A DNA stretch of 64,000 nt, from positions 9,362,001-9,426,000 of the forward strand of contig NC_043001.1 of NCBI RefSeq assembly GCF_006345805.1, given 5' to 3'. The notes below the pieces were generated by a model. The model did not search any database and was not told the DNA's origin. It saw only the letters and a program-made list of their open reading frames with translations. Shown in pieces: positions 1 through 13,930 of this stretch. Both the position numbers and the translations under genes were made by a program. Positions within the stretch are counted from its first letter, which is position 1; each line of letters opens with the position of its first letter. The DNA is from Octopus sinensis. Its lineage: Eukaryota.

Positions 1-11
1 ATATATATATT

Positions 12-92
<81 letters not shown>
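1..92. repeat. (TA)n microsatellite
   Basis: Near-pure TA run at the window start. Confidence 0.95.
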
Positions 93-94
<2 letters not shown>

Positions 95-141
95 CCGGAG
101 TGTAAACACATAAATGTGAAACAAGGTGGAAAAAAACAAAA

Positions 142-179
142 CTGTCCGACGAACGGGAACGTGAAACTCCGCGTAACAG
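142..179 (+). ncRNA. Minimal type I hammerhead-like motif, CCGACGA core variant
   Basis: CTGT-CCGACGA-ACG(GGAA)CGT-GAAAC-TCCGC-GT-A-ACAG: stem I CTGT/ACAG, stem II with GNRA loop, GUA cleavage triplet; U4 replaced by C. Confidence 0.65.
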
Positions 180-260
180 GTTTTGTTGAATTTCTGCCGC
201 TTTTAAATAAAGTATATATATATATATATATATATATTTGTATGTATGTATGTGCATATG

Positions 261-466
261 TTGTGTGTTTGTCCCTAACATCGCTTGACAACCGATGGTG
301 GTGTGTTTACGTCCCCGTAACTTAGCGGTTCGGCAAAAGAGACCGATAGAATAAGTACAAGGCTTACAAAGAATAAGTCCTGGGGTCGATTTGCTCAACT
401 AAAGGCGGTGCTCCAGCATGGTCGCAGTCAAATGAATGAAACAAGTAAAAGAGTAAAAGAGTAAAG
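261..466 (+). mobile_element. SINE family A, 3' body and tail
   Basis: Matches the 3' half of the copies at 6465 and 51420 (gcggttcggcaaaagagaccgatagaataagta...ccagcatggccgcagtc...gtaaaaga tail). Confidence 0.85.
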
Positions 467-521
467 ACTGCCGCATTTTCCAACAGGCATCTTCTCTGGC
501 AAGTTCCAACATATCATAAAT

Positions 522-892
522 GCAGAAGCACTCCGTCGGTTACGACGACGAGGGTTCCGGTTAATCCGAATCAACGGAACAGCCTGCTCGTGAAATTAAC
601 GTGTAAGTGGCTGAGCACTCCACAGACACGTGTACCCTTAACGTAGTTCTCGGGGATATTCAGCGTGACAAGGTCGGCCCTTTGAAATACAGGTACAACA
701 GAAACAGGAAGTAAGAGTGAGAGAAAGTTGTGGTGAAATAGTACAGCAGGGATCACCACCATCCCTGCCAGAGCCTCGTGGAGCTTTACGTGTTTTCGCT
801 CAATAAACACTCATGACGCCCGGTCTGGGAATCGAAACCGCGATCCTATGACCGCAAGTCCGCTGCCCTAACCACTGGGCCATTGCGCTTCC
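522..892 (-). mobile_element. tRNA-derived SINE family B, full length
   Basis: tRNA-like head with A/B boxes on the minus strand; 13-bp TSD acatatcataaat at 509-521 and 893-905; homologous to 16778-17162. Confidence 0.9.
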
Positions 893-1633
893 ACATATCA
901 TAAATAGATATGTTAACAATCATTAGGTCTTAGAATTAGATTTGACCATGGACTTTGTGCAGGAACAGCATTAGATTCTAATGTTTTATATTTATTTTCA
1001 TTAAACCAAAGGCCCCATGAGGCTGCGTACACGTCCTTCCTCCGTGGAATATGAGTGGCAGAAATTACAATATTCTTCCTGAACGGGACACCGGGTTCAA
1101 GATTAGCAGTTTCGAAGGGACGAGATCAATGGATTCATTCAACAAAAATTCGAGGCAGTGCCCCTGCATGGTCGCAGACTAAAGACTAAAACAAGTAAAA
1201 GATAAACGATATTGTCACACTTAAATATATTTTGCCATCATGTCAATTGTGTTGCCTTACAGCGCTTTACCAGTAACTATAACAATACTGGCAGACATTT
1301 CTATGACAAAACATATTGAGATGCTGCCGTTATTAAAATCCTAAATTTAAAATACCAAATTTTCGAAAATTCAGGAATAGTTTCCAATTCCAATTCTGTA
1401 GAAGATAGAAAGTAATATATTCTTTCATGATTCCCATTTAGATTTGTTTCCACATCTACATTATTAAGGTATTGTGCTCCTGGTTTTTAGAAGTATAATT
1501 TTAATAACGCCAACGTTCCAAAACTACACTGTTTGTATATGTATGTATGTATGTATATATATATGTATGTATGTATGTATGTATATATGTGTGTGCGTGT
1601 ATGTGTCAGTGTATATATATATACATATATGTT

Positions 1634-1674
<41 letters not shown>

Positions 1675-1991
1675 GCCTGAGCATGTACTATATTGGTAGT
1701 GTTTTTGTGCATGTACACACACACAAAACCACACGCACACATATATAAATAAATATATACATGTACTCACATATATATATATTGGTCGTGTATATATATG
1801 TGTGTGTGTGTGTATATATACATATATATATGTATATACAGTGAGAATTTACAAAAATATATGTATATATATATATATGTATATGTATATATGTATATAT
1901 ATATATACACACACATACACACACATATATACACGACCAATTTATAGGTGTGTATATGAATATATTTATATATGTGTGTTTTTGTGTGTGT

Positions 1992-2022
<31 letters not shown>

Positions 2023-2460
2023 ATCTATATATAAGATGTTAGAGGCTGTGCAAATTTATCTCTTCCGCTGTTGATAGAAAAATATGTTGAGCTGCTTTAA
2101 TCAATTTTCGAACCTTAGTGGGTTCTCCTCAGAGTTGTCTACATTAATTTGGCCATTACCACAGAAGCAAGTAACCAATATGTTTATATACTCACAGAAG
2201 CTACAGCAGACAAGAGCCAGAATTTTGATATGCAGCGAGTTAGGGAACTCGTTGCCGGAAAAAATTGTTTGCGACATTTCTTCCGATCTTATGCCCGGAG
2301 TTCAAATACTAAAATAGTCGATCTTACATTTCCTCATTACCAAGTAGATAAAATAAAAACCAGTTGAACATTGGGGGGCGATGTAATCAATGTACCCCCA
2401 CCCGATGAAATTGTTGACCTTGTGCCAAAATTTGAAACCAATATTACTTGATATATTATA

Positions 2461-3070
2461 TTTCTTTACTACCCACAAGGAGCTAAACAGAAAGGGGACA
2501 AACAAGGACAGACAAAGGGATTAAGTCGATTATAACAACTTCAGTGCGTAACTGGTACTTAATTTATCGACCCGAAAGGATGAAAGGCAAAGTCGAACTC
2601 GGCGGTATTTGAACTCAGAATGTAACGGCAGACGAAATACCTATTTCTATTTCTTTACTACCCACAAGGGGCTAAACACAGAGGGGACAAAAAAGGACAG
2701 ACAAACGGATTAAGTTGATTATATCGACCTCAGTGCGAAACTGGTACTTAATTTATCAACCCCGAAAGGATAAAAGGCAAAGTCGACCTCGGCGGAATTT
2801 GAACTCAGAACGTAACGGCAGACGAAATACCTATTTCTTTACTACCCACAAGGGGCTAAACATAGAGGGGACGAACAAGGACTGACAAAGGGATTAAGTC
2901 GATTACATCGACCTCAGTGCGAAACTGGTACTTAATTTATCGACCCCGAAAGGATGAAAGGCAAAGTCGACCTCGGCGGAATTTGAACTTAGAACGTAAC
3001 GGCAGACGAAATAAGGCTACGCATTTCGCCCGGCATACTAACGTTTCCGCTAGCTCACCGCCTTTATATA
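2461..3070 (-). mobile_element. tRNA-derived SINE family C with triplicated 3' module
   Basis: Head at about 3010-3066; three tandem modules of about 178 bp; 16-bp TSD tacttgatatattata at 2445-2460 and 3071-3086. Confidence 0.9.
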
Positions 3071-3519
3071 TACTTGATATATTATAACAGTACATTTGTG
3101 ACTATTGTGTGAAGTTTCTTTTGGTACATAAGTCAAATTGACTTCATTTACTTAGTTCGTTCACATTGTGCAAGTTAAACATATTTAGCAAATCTTTTAA
3201 CACCGCAACTTCGTATATATTACACCAAACTAATAGACTTGCAGTTCTTTTTGTAGTATATACATATAGATATAATGTATCTAGAATGTTTGCTTATATA
3301 AATGTATCTGTTACTACAAATATATATATGTGTGTGTACACATCAATTCTCTCCCCAGTTTACTCTAGAGTGTATTTACTCAGCAGATATTATTAAATAT
3401 AGGTGGCGCCACTGCATTCAAAATATTAACATCACACAAAGATGAAGTGCTGGGATTTGGTTTGTTTCACAAATAGTCCTTTGCAATTATTCTATTTTAA
3501 TTTTCTCTACTACACGCAC

Positions 3520-3590
3520 AATATATACATAATATATATATATATATTAATATATATATATATATATTATATATATATATATATATAGAT

Positions 3591-3627
<37 letters not shown>

Positions 3628-3880
3628 CACATACACACACAAACACACACACACACACAAACCACACACACACACATACACACATACACAAAACACACAC
3701 ACCAACACACACACACCACACACAACAACACACACATACACACACACCACACACCCACCACAAAACACACATACACACACAAAAACACACACACACACAT
3801 ACACACCACACATACACACACACAAATACACACACACAGACACACACACACAAACACACATATATATATATATACATGTA
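3520..3880. repeat. Compound (TA)n/(CA)n microsatellite
   Basis: Direct inspection. Confidence 0.9.
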
Positions 3881-4444
3881 TGTATATTCCAATTGTAATT
3901 CCAGTTCAGCTCTTTACTGCTTTGTTGAATATACACTCACGATGTGTGTATAAATACATACAGTTTCTTCGACGTTGGAAGTAATGAAAATTTGTGTATT
4001 TTAATCTCTGTTTGCTATTCATATTTATATAAAGTTCAATTGATTCGCATCTCGAATTTTTTCTATATTATTTTTTTGTTTTTCTAGTGTTACAATTTTG
4101 AAAACCAAGTTTTTGGTATCGATAGCAAAAAACATAAATAAATAATAATTAAAACAAAAAAACAATCGATGTTCTTTTACAGAACTGTTGTCACAAAAAA
4201 GCTTTGTCTCTTTAATGATAACACTAAAATAATCTAGACATACAATAGTTCTGCATTACAATATTCAATGAAACATTTATTACATAAATATATTTAAATT
4301 TCAAATTATTTCAACAGGAATTCACTACACATTTTCCTAATTACGAAAAATTTCAAGAAATTTACTCGGGTAAATTTTATAAAATATCTTTTGTAGCTAT
4401 TCTAGTATTTCGTTTTTATATATTGTGTTACTGGACTGCATTTT

Positions 4445-4604
4445 CAAATATTATTTACATTATTTACATTATTTACATTTGATGGATAGTTGTCCTCGTC
4501 CTGTTTGTTGTTAACACTACGTTTCGGCTGATATACCCTCCAGCCTTCATCAGGTGTCTTGGGGAAATTTCGAACCTGGGTTCTCATTCCTAAGGTATTT
4601 TTCT
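4445..4604 (-). mobile_element. Short HHR-bearing dispersed element (family H1, about 180 bp)
   Basis: Homologous to 5696, 36885, 52252 and 59451; the 5' end abuts (TTA/TTG)n. Confidence 0.8.
4513..4558 (-). ncRNA. Minimal type I hammerhead ribozyme (intact core)
   Basis: Reverse complement GACAC-CTGATGA-A-GGCTG(10 nt)CAGCC-GAAAC-GT-A-GTGTT: stems I and II pair, stem III is a palindromic ACGU without a loop, as in PLE minimal HHRs. Confidence 0.8.
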
Positions 4605-4625
4605 ATAATAACAACAACAATAATG

Positions 4626-4673
<48 letters not shown>

Positions 4674-4679
4674 TAAAAG

Positions 4680-5215
4680 TACCAGGCAGTGGTCTCATGG
4701 CTTCTGATCTTAAATGATTGGAAGTGTTATCATGTACATTGTTTTGTCTTGGTATAAAAGATGGGCTACAGCAAATATTCTGCTCAATACCACAGATTTG
4801 CTTGTCAGTTGTTGACCTTAACCAGTTGAGCATGTCCCTTAGTGGATGACGATATGTGCATCTCTGATCACGAGCAGAAGTAGTGGGGAGCATCATAGCC
4901 ATGTGTTGAGAGGGATTCTTTGGGGTTTGAATAGTTCACCTCTGGAAAACATGGGTGGTTCTTTCAACATCCTTAAACAACCCTTATTCAGGGACCGTTT
5001 GAGCGGGATGGGCTACTCAACCTGAAGAAAATCTAACTGGGCCCCACCTGCAAGGTCATGTGCTGTTTATCTTGATATGAGATCACCATGTCGCGCACAT
5101 ATGTTGTGATGCATGTGCCTGGTGTACCTTATCAGACGGGTAGTCATGATGGGTATATTGGGCTTCGTATATTTTACCCCAGTGTCACTTTGATGGCATG
5201 AATGCTCTCTCACTC

Positions 5216-5218
<3 letters not shown>
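4680..5218 (-). mobile_element. Non-autonomous LINE-related element of about 540 bp embedded in (TAA)n
   Basis: Flanked on both sides by TAA repeats; its 3' part recurs at 28256-28395. Confidence 0.65.
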
Positions 5219-5260
<42 letters not shown>

Positions 5261-5280
5261 TAATAATAATAATAATAATA

Positions 5281-5590
5281 ATACAAAGACCTGGAAATAG
5301 AGGTAACCAGAATGTGGAATCTAAAAACAGAAACTAAATTCCTATCATAGTAGGTGCATTAGGCATGATAAAAAAAATATTCAGACAAATACATACAAAA
5401 ACACCAGGACTTACAAACACATATAACATACAGAAAATTGCACTACTAGGCACTGCACACATCCTACGCAGAACACTTTCCATACAATAACCATCAGAGA
5501 ATCAAACAAATCACAGCACATACCTAAGGCACACAGAGCTGCGCTGGTAGTGAAGTGAAAGCACGCTATAAAAATAAAACTACTGAATGA
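5281..5590 (+). mobile_element. 3' end of an R4/Dong-type (RLE) LINE
   Basis: Translates with one frameshift to YKDLEIEVTRMWNLKTE..IVGALGMIK..IQKIALLGTAHILRRTLS*, followed by a 3' UTR and a (TAA)n tail. Confidence 0.8.
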
Positions 5591-5604
5591 TAATAATAAT
5601 AATG

Positions 5605-5677
<73 letters not shown>

Positions 5678-5695
5678 TAATAATAATAATACTAG

Positions 5696-5866
5696 CATCG
5701 AAAAATACCTTAGGAGTGAGAACCCATGTTAGAAATTTCCCCAAGATACCTGAAGAAGGTTGGAAGGTATATCAGCCGAAACATTGTGTTAACAAAAAAC
5801 ACGATGAGGGACGAATATCCGTCAAATGTAAATAATGTACATAATTCCTTATCTTTTAAATATAGT
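5696..5866 (+). mobile_element. Family H1 HHR element (HHR 5745-5790, CTGAAGA core, stem III mismatch)
   Basis: GATAC-CTGAAGA-A-GGTTG..CAGCC-GAAAC-AT-T-GTGTT. Confidence 0.75.
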
Positions 5867-5995
5867 AATCTTCATTTTCAAAATAGAAAATCTCACCATT
5901 CTTAAGTTTATATTACATCATTATATTTCAAGATTGCTGCTTGCTGTAGCTCTTCCTCAGAAATTTAAATGGGTGAACAGAAAGAAAGGTGTAGA

Positions 5996-6040
5996 GCAGG
6001 GGTCGCCAAAGGAGGTCCGAGGGACCACCTAGGGATCGGT
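5996..6040 (+). mobile_element. Possible hAT-type terminus
   Basis: CAGGGGTCGCCAAAG resembles hAT/Charlie TIR starts; no partner TIR was found. Confidence 0.3.
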
Positions 6041-6464
6041 GAGCAGTGTAGGGGTTCGATGATAGCCAAGGGATCGAATGGCGGTCGGCGTACGAAAGAC
6101 TAAGATTAACTGCTAGAAATAATTAGTCAGCGCCATGAAACGTGAGAAAACGAGAAATTTTCGAGGCCTGATGTCGTAATCTGTATCGTAATCGAAGATT
6201 GAGAGGCGTGGTTGTGAGGACGCGGACTGTCAAGTGTTTGCTTATAGATACTGCCTGAACCTGGAGAAACGAAGTGATTTGTGACTGGAACTGACCAACA
6301 TTTAGCCTGATAACAATGCCTTGATCACCAGGCTCATCCCTCACATTGATCCTGTTAATTTCAATAAAAGATATTCCAGCAATATGATGCGTTTTTCACA
6401 TTTTCTAACGTTTTTAAATGTAAAAAATGTGTCATCTTCAAAAGAATTTCTTCATTGGTCCTAT

Positions 6465-6862
6465 ACTCTTTACTCTTTTACTTGTTTCAGTCATTTGACT
6501 GCGGCCATGCTGGAGCAACGCCTTTAGTCGAGCAAATCGACCCCGTGACTTATTCTTTGTAAGCCCAGTACTTATTCTATCGGTCTCTTTTGCCGAACCG
6601 CTAGATGACGGGGACGTAAACACACCAGCATCGGTTGTCAAGCAATGCTAGGGGGACAAACACACACACATACACACATATATATATATACATATATACG
6701 ACAGGCTTCTTTCAGTTTCCGTCAACCAAATCCACTCACAAGGCATTGGTCGGCCCGGGGCTATAGTAGAAGACACTTGCCAAAGGTGCCACGCAGTGGG
6801 ACTAAATCCGGAACCATGTGGTTCGTAAGCAAGCTACTTACCACACAGCCACTGCAACGCCT
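6465..6862 (-). mobile_element. tRNA-derived SINE family A, full length
   Basis: Head, core, TA/CA linker and tail all present; homologous to 51420-51862. Confidence 0.9.
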
Positions 6863-7318
6863 ATATGAGAAAGAACTTTAATAAATTCAAAAGCTTAAAA
6901 TAAAATAACTATGTATGCCATTGTGAAAATAATGCGTCGGTTTTGTTTATTAATGATGTTCACGCATGCGCGCGTATATCTGTGTATGTGAGTGTTTGTC
7001 TGGTTTTTTTTTTTCAGTTTTAGTGTTTACACTGTAAACAATCTATGTATAAACAAGTGAGTATGAATGAATTCCTACGATGTGTAAACATGTTTTTATC
7101 CGTAGCCATGTGATTGCGATTATCTCATGGTGACAATTCACAATATGAACCCGGTATCTTTCGTCTTCTACATATCAATACAGAGTTGAGTTTTGGTGGA
7201 CGCGTGTGAGGCTGTGCCTGTGTTTCACCAGCAGACACTAATAACAGCAGATATACACACATATATTCACACACAATTATGTATGGATGTAGGTATTTTT
7301 TTTATGCACATATGTATG

Positions 7319-7367
<49 letters not shown>

Positions 7368-7542
7368 ATATAATATATATAATATATAGCACATATAATA
7401 TATATATATATATATACATATTCTTAAATCAAATATACAGCTCTATAAGCATATAAAACATATAGATACATCAATACATACATATAGACAAAGGTTATAT
7501 ATATAACATACATATATATATGCGTGTATGATATATGTAATA

Positions 7543-7628
<86 letters not shown>

Positions 7629-8159
7629 ATACATACATATATATATATATATATTATGATGAATGGGAATCAACATTCTTTTAATGCCTACATACCCACG
7701 CACACACATTCACAAAGAGTCACTCACACATATATACACACACGTACATACATACACATACATGCATATATATACACATATACATACGCATATAATTGTT
7801 TTTTCCCCTATAATTATTATCGAATGCATCACGAGGAAATGAATAGGAGTCGGTGCTGCTAATGGTAGAAGTCTCGTGAATGGGATAAGGCGTTGTAATG
7901 GAGAAAATGTAGAATACAGCTCATTTTCAATAGCATTCAGCCATTACGCTACATCTTTCAAAATTATTGGTACGTTGTTTTATATGATTTTTCACACATA
8001 ACTACTTAACAACAGTATTACTACCAACTGAAGCTTTGGTTGTAAGTCTAACCATTACAACACCTCGACTATTCATATTTATTATTGCAGGAGATATTCT
8101 CAGAATAATAAAATATGTATGAAATTATGTTGGTAGGAATGAACAAAAAAATACAAGCG

Positions 8160-8192
8160 TGTATATATATATATATATAAATATATATACAT

Positions 8193-8223
<31 letters not shown>

Positions 8224-8595
8224 TAAATATACATATAATATATATGCGTATATATATATATATCTATATATATATATATGCATATATAATATGATGTATA
8301 TATATATGTGTATGTAATATTATATATATGTATATGTATATACATATATATATACATATATATATGTGTGTGTGTTATATATATGTATGTATATATATAT
8401 ATGTATTATATATATATATATAAAATATACATAATAATATGCGTATATATATATATATATATATATATATGCATATATATATATGTATGTTATATATATG
8501 TGTATGTATATATATATATGTATATGTATATACATATATATACATATATATATGTGTGTGTGTGTGTATATATAGTATGTATATATATATATGTA

Positions 8596-8636
<41 letters not shown>

Positions 8637-8985
8637 CATGTATATACTATCGCTACATAGTTATGTTAATAATAACAATAACAATAATAACGATGATGAT
8701 GATGATGATGATGACTAAATTGGTAAGCAGAGTAACAGAAAATGGTTTTATGAGAATGAAGTTTTAGAACTCTGATAATTTTCAGTCTCTATGTGCGCCC
8801 CGTGTGTGTGTGTGTGTGTGTGTGGTGTGGTGTGGTGTGTGTTTATGTATGTGTGTGTGTTTATGTCTGTATGTGTAGGTGCGTGGTTCAGAGCATGCAA
8901 GTACTTCAGCTGCCTGTGTGCGTGGGCATATATATATATGCATGCATATATACATATCTATACATATATAACACAACGCACACAA

Positions 8986-9026
<41 letters not shown>

Positions 9027-9400
9027 TGAACATATATATATTTAAATTATACATACATATATATACACATTTAAATATATATATATACACATACACAGAC
9101 ATATATGTATAACCATATTTATGCATATATGTAGAATATATTCATATAAGAATATATATATACACAAATGTGTATGTATATATCATACACATATATATAC
9201 ATATATACATATACATATATATATATGAATATATATACATATTTGTGTGTGTGTATATATATATATATATACATGTATGTGTATATATATATATATATGT
9301 ATGTGTGTGTATATATATATATATATATACATACACATACACACACATGTACACACGAGTGTATTTGTGCGTGTGTCTCTGCGTGTGTATTACGAATAAT
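8160..9400. repeat. Large compound TA/CA/TG microsatellite field
   Basis: Direct inspection; it is the source of many spurious ORFs. Confidence 0.9.
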
Positions 9401-9844
9401 AATTCTAACAAAATCAGAACATTATGCGACGTAAAGGTCAAAAGAGAAAAAAAAAAGTTGAAAACATGAATATATAGAAGAAGAAAAAAGGCCGCAACAT
9501 ACATTTGTAATAATTGCTTCAACAATAAGCTCACCGCAGTGTGTTGCTGTTCGGTGTTAGTGCAATTGGTTGAATCTTACGTAAATATAAAGAAACAAAC
9601 AGAAAAACAAGAAAAGAACAGAAATATATAAACATTATGTGCAATAACATCACAGCTAAAATAAACAGAACAACAACAACAACAACAACAACGCTGCTGT
9701 ATAAATGGATTACTGTCATATAATGATTATAATGAGGATAAAAGACGGAGTCATAATGATAATGACGATTGTGATGGTAATGAGGAGGAGGAAAACGTCG
9801 ATGTGATAATATCATCATGATGTGCATGTTAATCGTGTTTTACT

Positions 9845-9889
9845 ATCATTGTTATTACTGTTATCATCATCCTCCTCCTCCTCATCATC

Positions 9890-9920
<31 letters not shown>

Positions 9921-10078
9921 TCATCATCAGTAGTAGTAGTAGTAGTGGTAGTAGTAATAGTGGTGATGGTGGTTGTAGGTAGTGGTGCTGGTGGTGCTGG
10001 TGGTGCTGGTGGTGCTGGTTGTAGGTGGTGGTGGTGGTGGTGGTGGTGGTGGTGGTGGTGGTGGTGGTGGTGGTGGTT
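9845..10078. repeat. Compound trinucleotide repeat (CAT)n/(GTA)n/(GGT)n
   Basis: Direct inspection. Confidence 0.9.
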
Positions 10079-10129
10079 TTATTGATTAAGCTACTACATG
10101 CTAATTTAATTAGCAAGGCTTGTTCATCT

Positions 10130-10530
10130 TCAGGTTTGGAGACAAGTCTCCTGAAATCCGGAAAAATCTTCCTCAGGATTCTTCTTGCTGAATATAGGAT
10201 CGCCTTTCTGCAGAGTCGACAATCCAAGCCTCAATTCCAATATCTTTCGGTGTTTTAAGAATTTCCTGGTAGAGAACTTAACATTCATTTTATTACATTC
10301 TTTTCCTTGTTGGATCGCTTCTGTAATAACATTCAATTCCAGTTCTATTGCCATTTTGAATCCATCTTCTTCGCACGTTCGTAGCAGTTTTTGGATAACC
10401 ACTATGCTCCCACTGCTGCACAGAGGAGTATTTGCCCCGCAAGAGACCTTCACTGAGAGACAGGGTCACATGAGTGTAGGTATAATCGTTTTTGTTTGGC
10501 GTTACACTTATCAGGAGGACCGTCATGATG
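10130..10530 (-). mobile_element. Decayed N-terminal ORF fragment of an R4/Dong-type LINE
   Basis: Peptide RRRWIQNGNRTGIECYYRSDPTRKRM resembles the RxKWxxxxNxxxMECYYxSxPxxxGYRKRM motif of this clade. Confidence 0.5.
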
Positions 10531-10605
10531 AAGATGAAATATCAAAACCACAAGTGCAAGTGGCGCCAGCCAAGGCTAAAGGAATCATCTTCTCTTTGTG
10601 GTAGA

Positions 10606-10972
10606 GTTTCTACCGTTTGTTCACTGTAGATTTTCTGCCTGCCATCTGGTCACTGTAGATTTTCTGCCGTCGGTTCACTGTAGATTCTCTGCCGTTCGTT
10701 CACTATAAACTCTCTACCATCTGTTCACTGTGGATTCCCTGCCGTGTGTACACTATAAACTGTCTGCTGTTTGTTCACCGTAGATTCCCTACCGTCTTCC
10801 CTGCAGAATCTTTGCCGTCTGTTCACTGCAGTTTCTCTGCTGACTGTTTACTGTAGATTCTCGGCCGACGGTTCACTATAGACTCTCTGCTGTCTGTTTA
10901 CCGTAGATTCTCTGCCGTCTTCTCTACAGATTCACTGTCGTCTGCTCATTGTAGATTCTCTGCCGTCTGTTT
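10606..10972. repeat. 25-bp minisatellite, about 14 diverged copies
   Basis: Unit approximately GTTCACTGTAGATTCTCTGCCGTCT. Confidence 0.85.
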
Positions 10973-11197
10973 TAATGTCGATTTTGTTCTCTGGTCATTT
11001 GCCAGTTTTTCCTCAGAGTCTTTTATTATCATTATCTTCATCGTTATTATTGTTGCTCTTCTTCTCTAACACATTTACCCTTCACAGTTGAGTGTAATTA
11101 TGTTTCAGCCACTGCTTGCAGCTCAGAAACACAACTTCTTCCTCAGTTCATGAGCTATTCCAAGCATCGCAGCCAACTGTATTCTCCTTGATATATT

Positions 11198-11270
11198 TGA
11201 GAAGAAGAAGAAGAAGAAGAAGAAGAAGAAGAAGAAGAAGAAGAGAAGAAGAAGAAGAAGAAGAAGAAGA
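11198..11270. repeat. (GAA)n microsatellite
   Basis: Direct inspection. Confidence 0.95.
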
Positions 11271-12843
11271 TTTTATAATCATTCTTGCTCATTTTGGCAA
11301 ATAGCTGGCAATTTTGAATCCAACGAGCCAGTCCATCAGATCGATTCTAGTATTTGACTGCCACTTTATTTTATCGAGTCCAAAACAGTAAGAATATTTA
11401 GCTGTAATACTTATTTGCAGCTTGGGATAAATAAGTGTTGAATTTGTAAATCAAACCTGCTGGTAGAAAGATATCATAAGGTAGTATTATTTTATCAGAG
11501 GGAGAGAGAATGAACGAGTCAAATACTTTAGTGTGGTGAATAAAAATAAGTTAATGTAAACATAAATAACATAAAGGACTAGGAAAGGGCAAGAAACAAA
11601 CCTAATTGAAGTTATTTTCATAGGGTCAATCAAAACGAAAATAACGCCAGCTTTGATATACTCCGTTACCTTCTGGAACGTATTTGTAAGTTTCATGCTA
11701 AAGGTTATTCAAACGGTTGAAGTAGGAAAGTAGCGTGACTTTATATAAGCAAAAATCTTTCATAAATTATTTGACATAAGATTGTTCCACTTTATATTTA
11801 GTTTTGTGTGGTTGTTAAAACCAAATTTTTTAATGCATTAGACATGACACTGTTGTATTGCCATGTGGAGAAGACTAGAGTTTCCTATATCTAAGCACAC
11901 GATGAATTTTAGAACTTTAGTATGATTTGTATATACTACAAGTATACAACAAAAGCTGTTACTACATATAGTTTTTTAAATTGAGAATAACTACATTTGT
12001 TTTTAATATGCACCCATCTTTCAAATTATAACGAAAACATTATATATATGTATATATATGTGTGCATATATATATACCTATATACATATACATATATACA
12101 TATATATATACATATATATATGTACATATATATACATTTATATATACATATATATATATATATGTATATGTATATATACATATATACATGCATGTATATA
12201 TATACATATATCTACATATATACATATATATACATATGTATACATATATATATGCATATATATATACAAATATATACATATATGAATATATATATATATA
12301 CATATATATGTACATATCTAAGTTTATATATATATATATATATAATAAATAACCTAGATATGTTTCGACCAAAGGTTGGTCCAGGCCATGTCTAACTTAA
12401 CAGCACCACCAGATAGTTTATATATACATATATATATATATATAGCGATCTTCCTCGGTTTAATAGATAAAAATATTTCCTAACCTCGATTAATAGAAAA
12501 ACATTCCAGACATTTATTTTTGTTCCCAGAATATTTCTTCTGGCGGGAGTGGGTAGTCAAAACTGTAGTTTCAGCTATAATAAATAATAAATTTCGCACG
12601 CGTACACGAACGCATATATCCACACACGTACACACACACACACACACACAGACGCACATACACACACAAATATGTGTAACTATATATTTTTAAATATATA
12701 TATGTTTGTGTGTGTGTGTGTGTATAGATAGATATACACACATATATGCCCAGTGTAATGCATGCATGTATTTAAAAACGGCTTTCTATACTAGTATGCA
12801 TACATGTGCGATTATATATGGCTATGTGTGCATATGCTACACT

Positions 12844-12882
<39 letters not shown>

Positions 12883-12982
12883 ATATATAATATATAATAT
12901 ATATATTATATATATATCATATATATATATATATACATATATATGTATATATTTCAACTTTGTGAATATGTGAATATATATT

Positions 12983-13024
<42 letters not shown>

Positions 13025-13098
13025 TTTCACATTCACAAAGTTGAAATATATACATATAATGTATATATATATTGTAGGTGTACATATACATACATACA

Positions 13099-13141
<43 letters not shown>

Positions 13142-13660
13142 TTATATTATATATATATACATGTATGTATGTATATGTATACATCTGTGAGTTTGTATAT
13201 ATGTTAGTATACAGCTGTCTTGAATACTGATTTACTGGTGTATCAAATTACAGCAAAGAAATCTCTAATGTTTCGTAATTTGTTTGATACCATATAAATT
13301 TATTCCGAATTTTAACACATAAAAATATTATAATGAACGTTGCTCTTTAGGATTTTTTCTTATTAATAATTTCCTTCAGAATATTTTCTTCAGATATCTT
13401 GATACATTAACAGACAAGAATTAGGTGTATCTATATTTTGATATCATTTAACGTACATGTATATATCAGCAACGAAGCCACATGACTTCATTCGGTTATG
13501 GCTAATGTTGCTTTCCATGACAGACCCTACACGACACTGAAATGGCATCATTTGAGTTTTGATGTTTTATTCCTGGTTCACTTCATCTGACTCCATACCT
13601 CCTCTTCAATACAGAGCAACCTACTTTCTCTTTTATTTCTCTTCCATCTACCACTTTCCT

Positions 13661-13930
13661 TCGGTATTTCTCAGCTACTAAACTCACCTTTAGAAAAGGG
13701 AACTGTATAATACATTCATAGCAAATCTAATACGTATATGTACTCGTACGTAGATAGGGAGAGTTTACGAAAAAACAAAAGACGAAGACAGGTGGTGTAC
13801 AAAACAAACAGATGTATTAGTATAACGCTCAGGAATAGAAAAAGTCTGTTACGTTTCGAGCCTACGCTCTTCTATAGAAAGGGACACAGAAAAAAAAAAC
13901 AAGGAGAGAAAAATGTGTGTAGTGGCTAAG
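13661..13930 (-). mobile_element. Dispersed repeat with HHR-like motif (13846-13881), inverted homolog of 24319-24599
   Basis: Reverse complement CTTT-CTATAGA-A-GAGC(GTAG)GCTC-GAAAC-GT-A-ACAG; core is non-canonical. Confidence 0.6.

Noticed and set aside
5080-5218. HDV-like ribozyme at the 5' end of the 540-bp element
   Set aside because: Expected for some RLE LINE 5' ends, but I could not build the nested double pseudoknot by eye.
6123-6344. 73-aa minus-strand ORF as a host exon
   Set aside because: No recognisable domain or clear splice signals; adjacent to a possible hAT terminus.
12356-12395. GACCAA(CCT)TTGGTC-GAAACATAT on the minus strand, HHR-like
   Set aside because: The CUGANGA box is missing and there is no UH site; at best a dead remnant.
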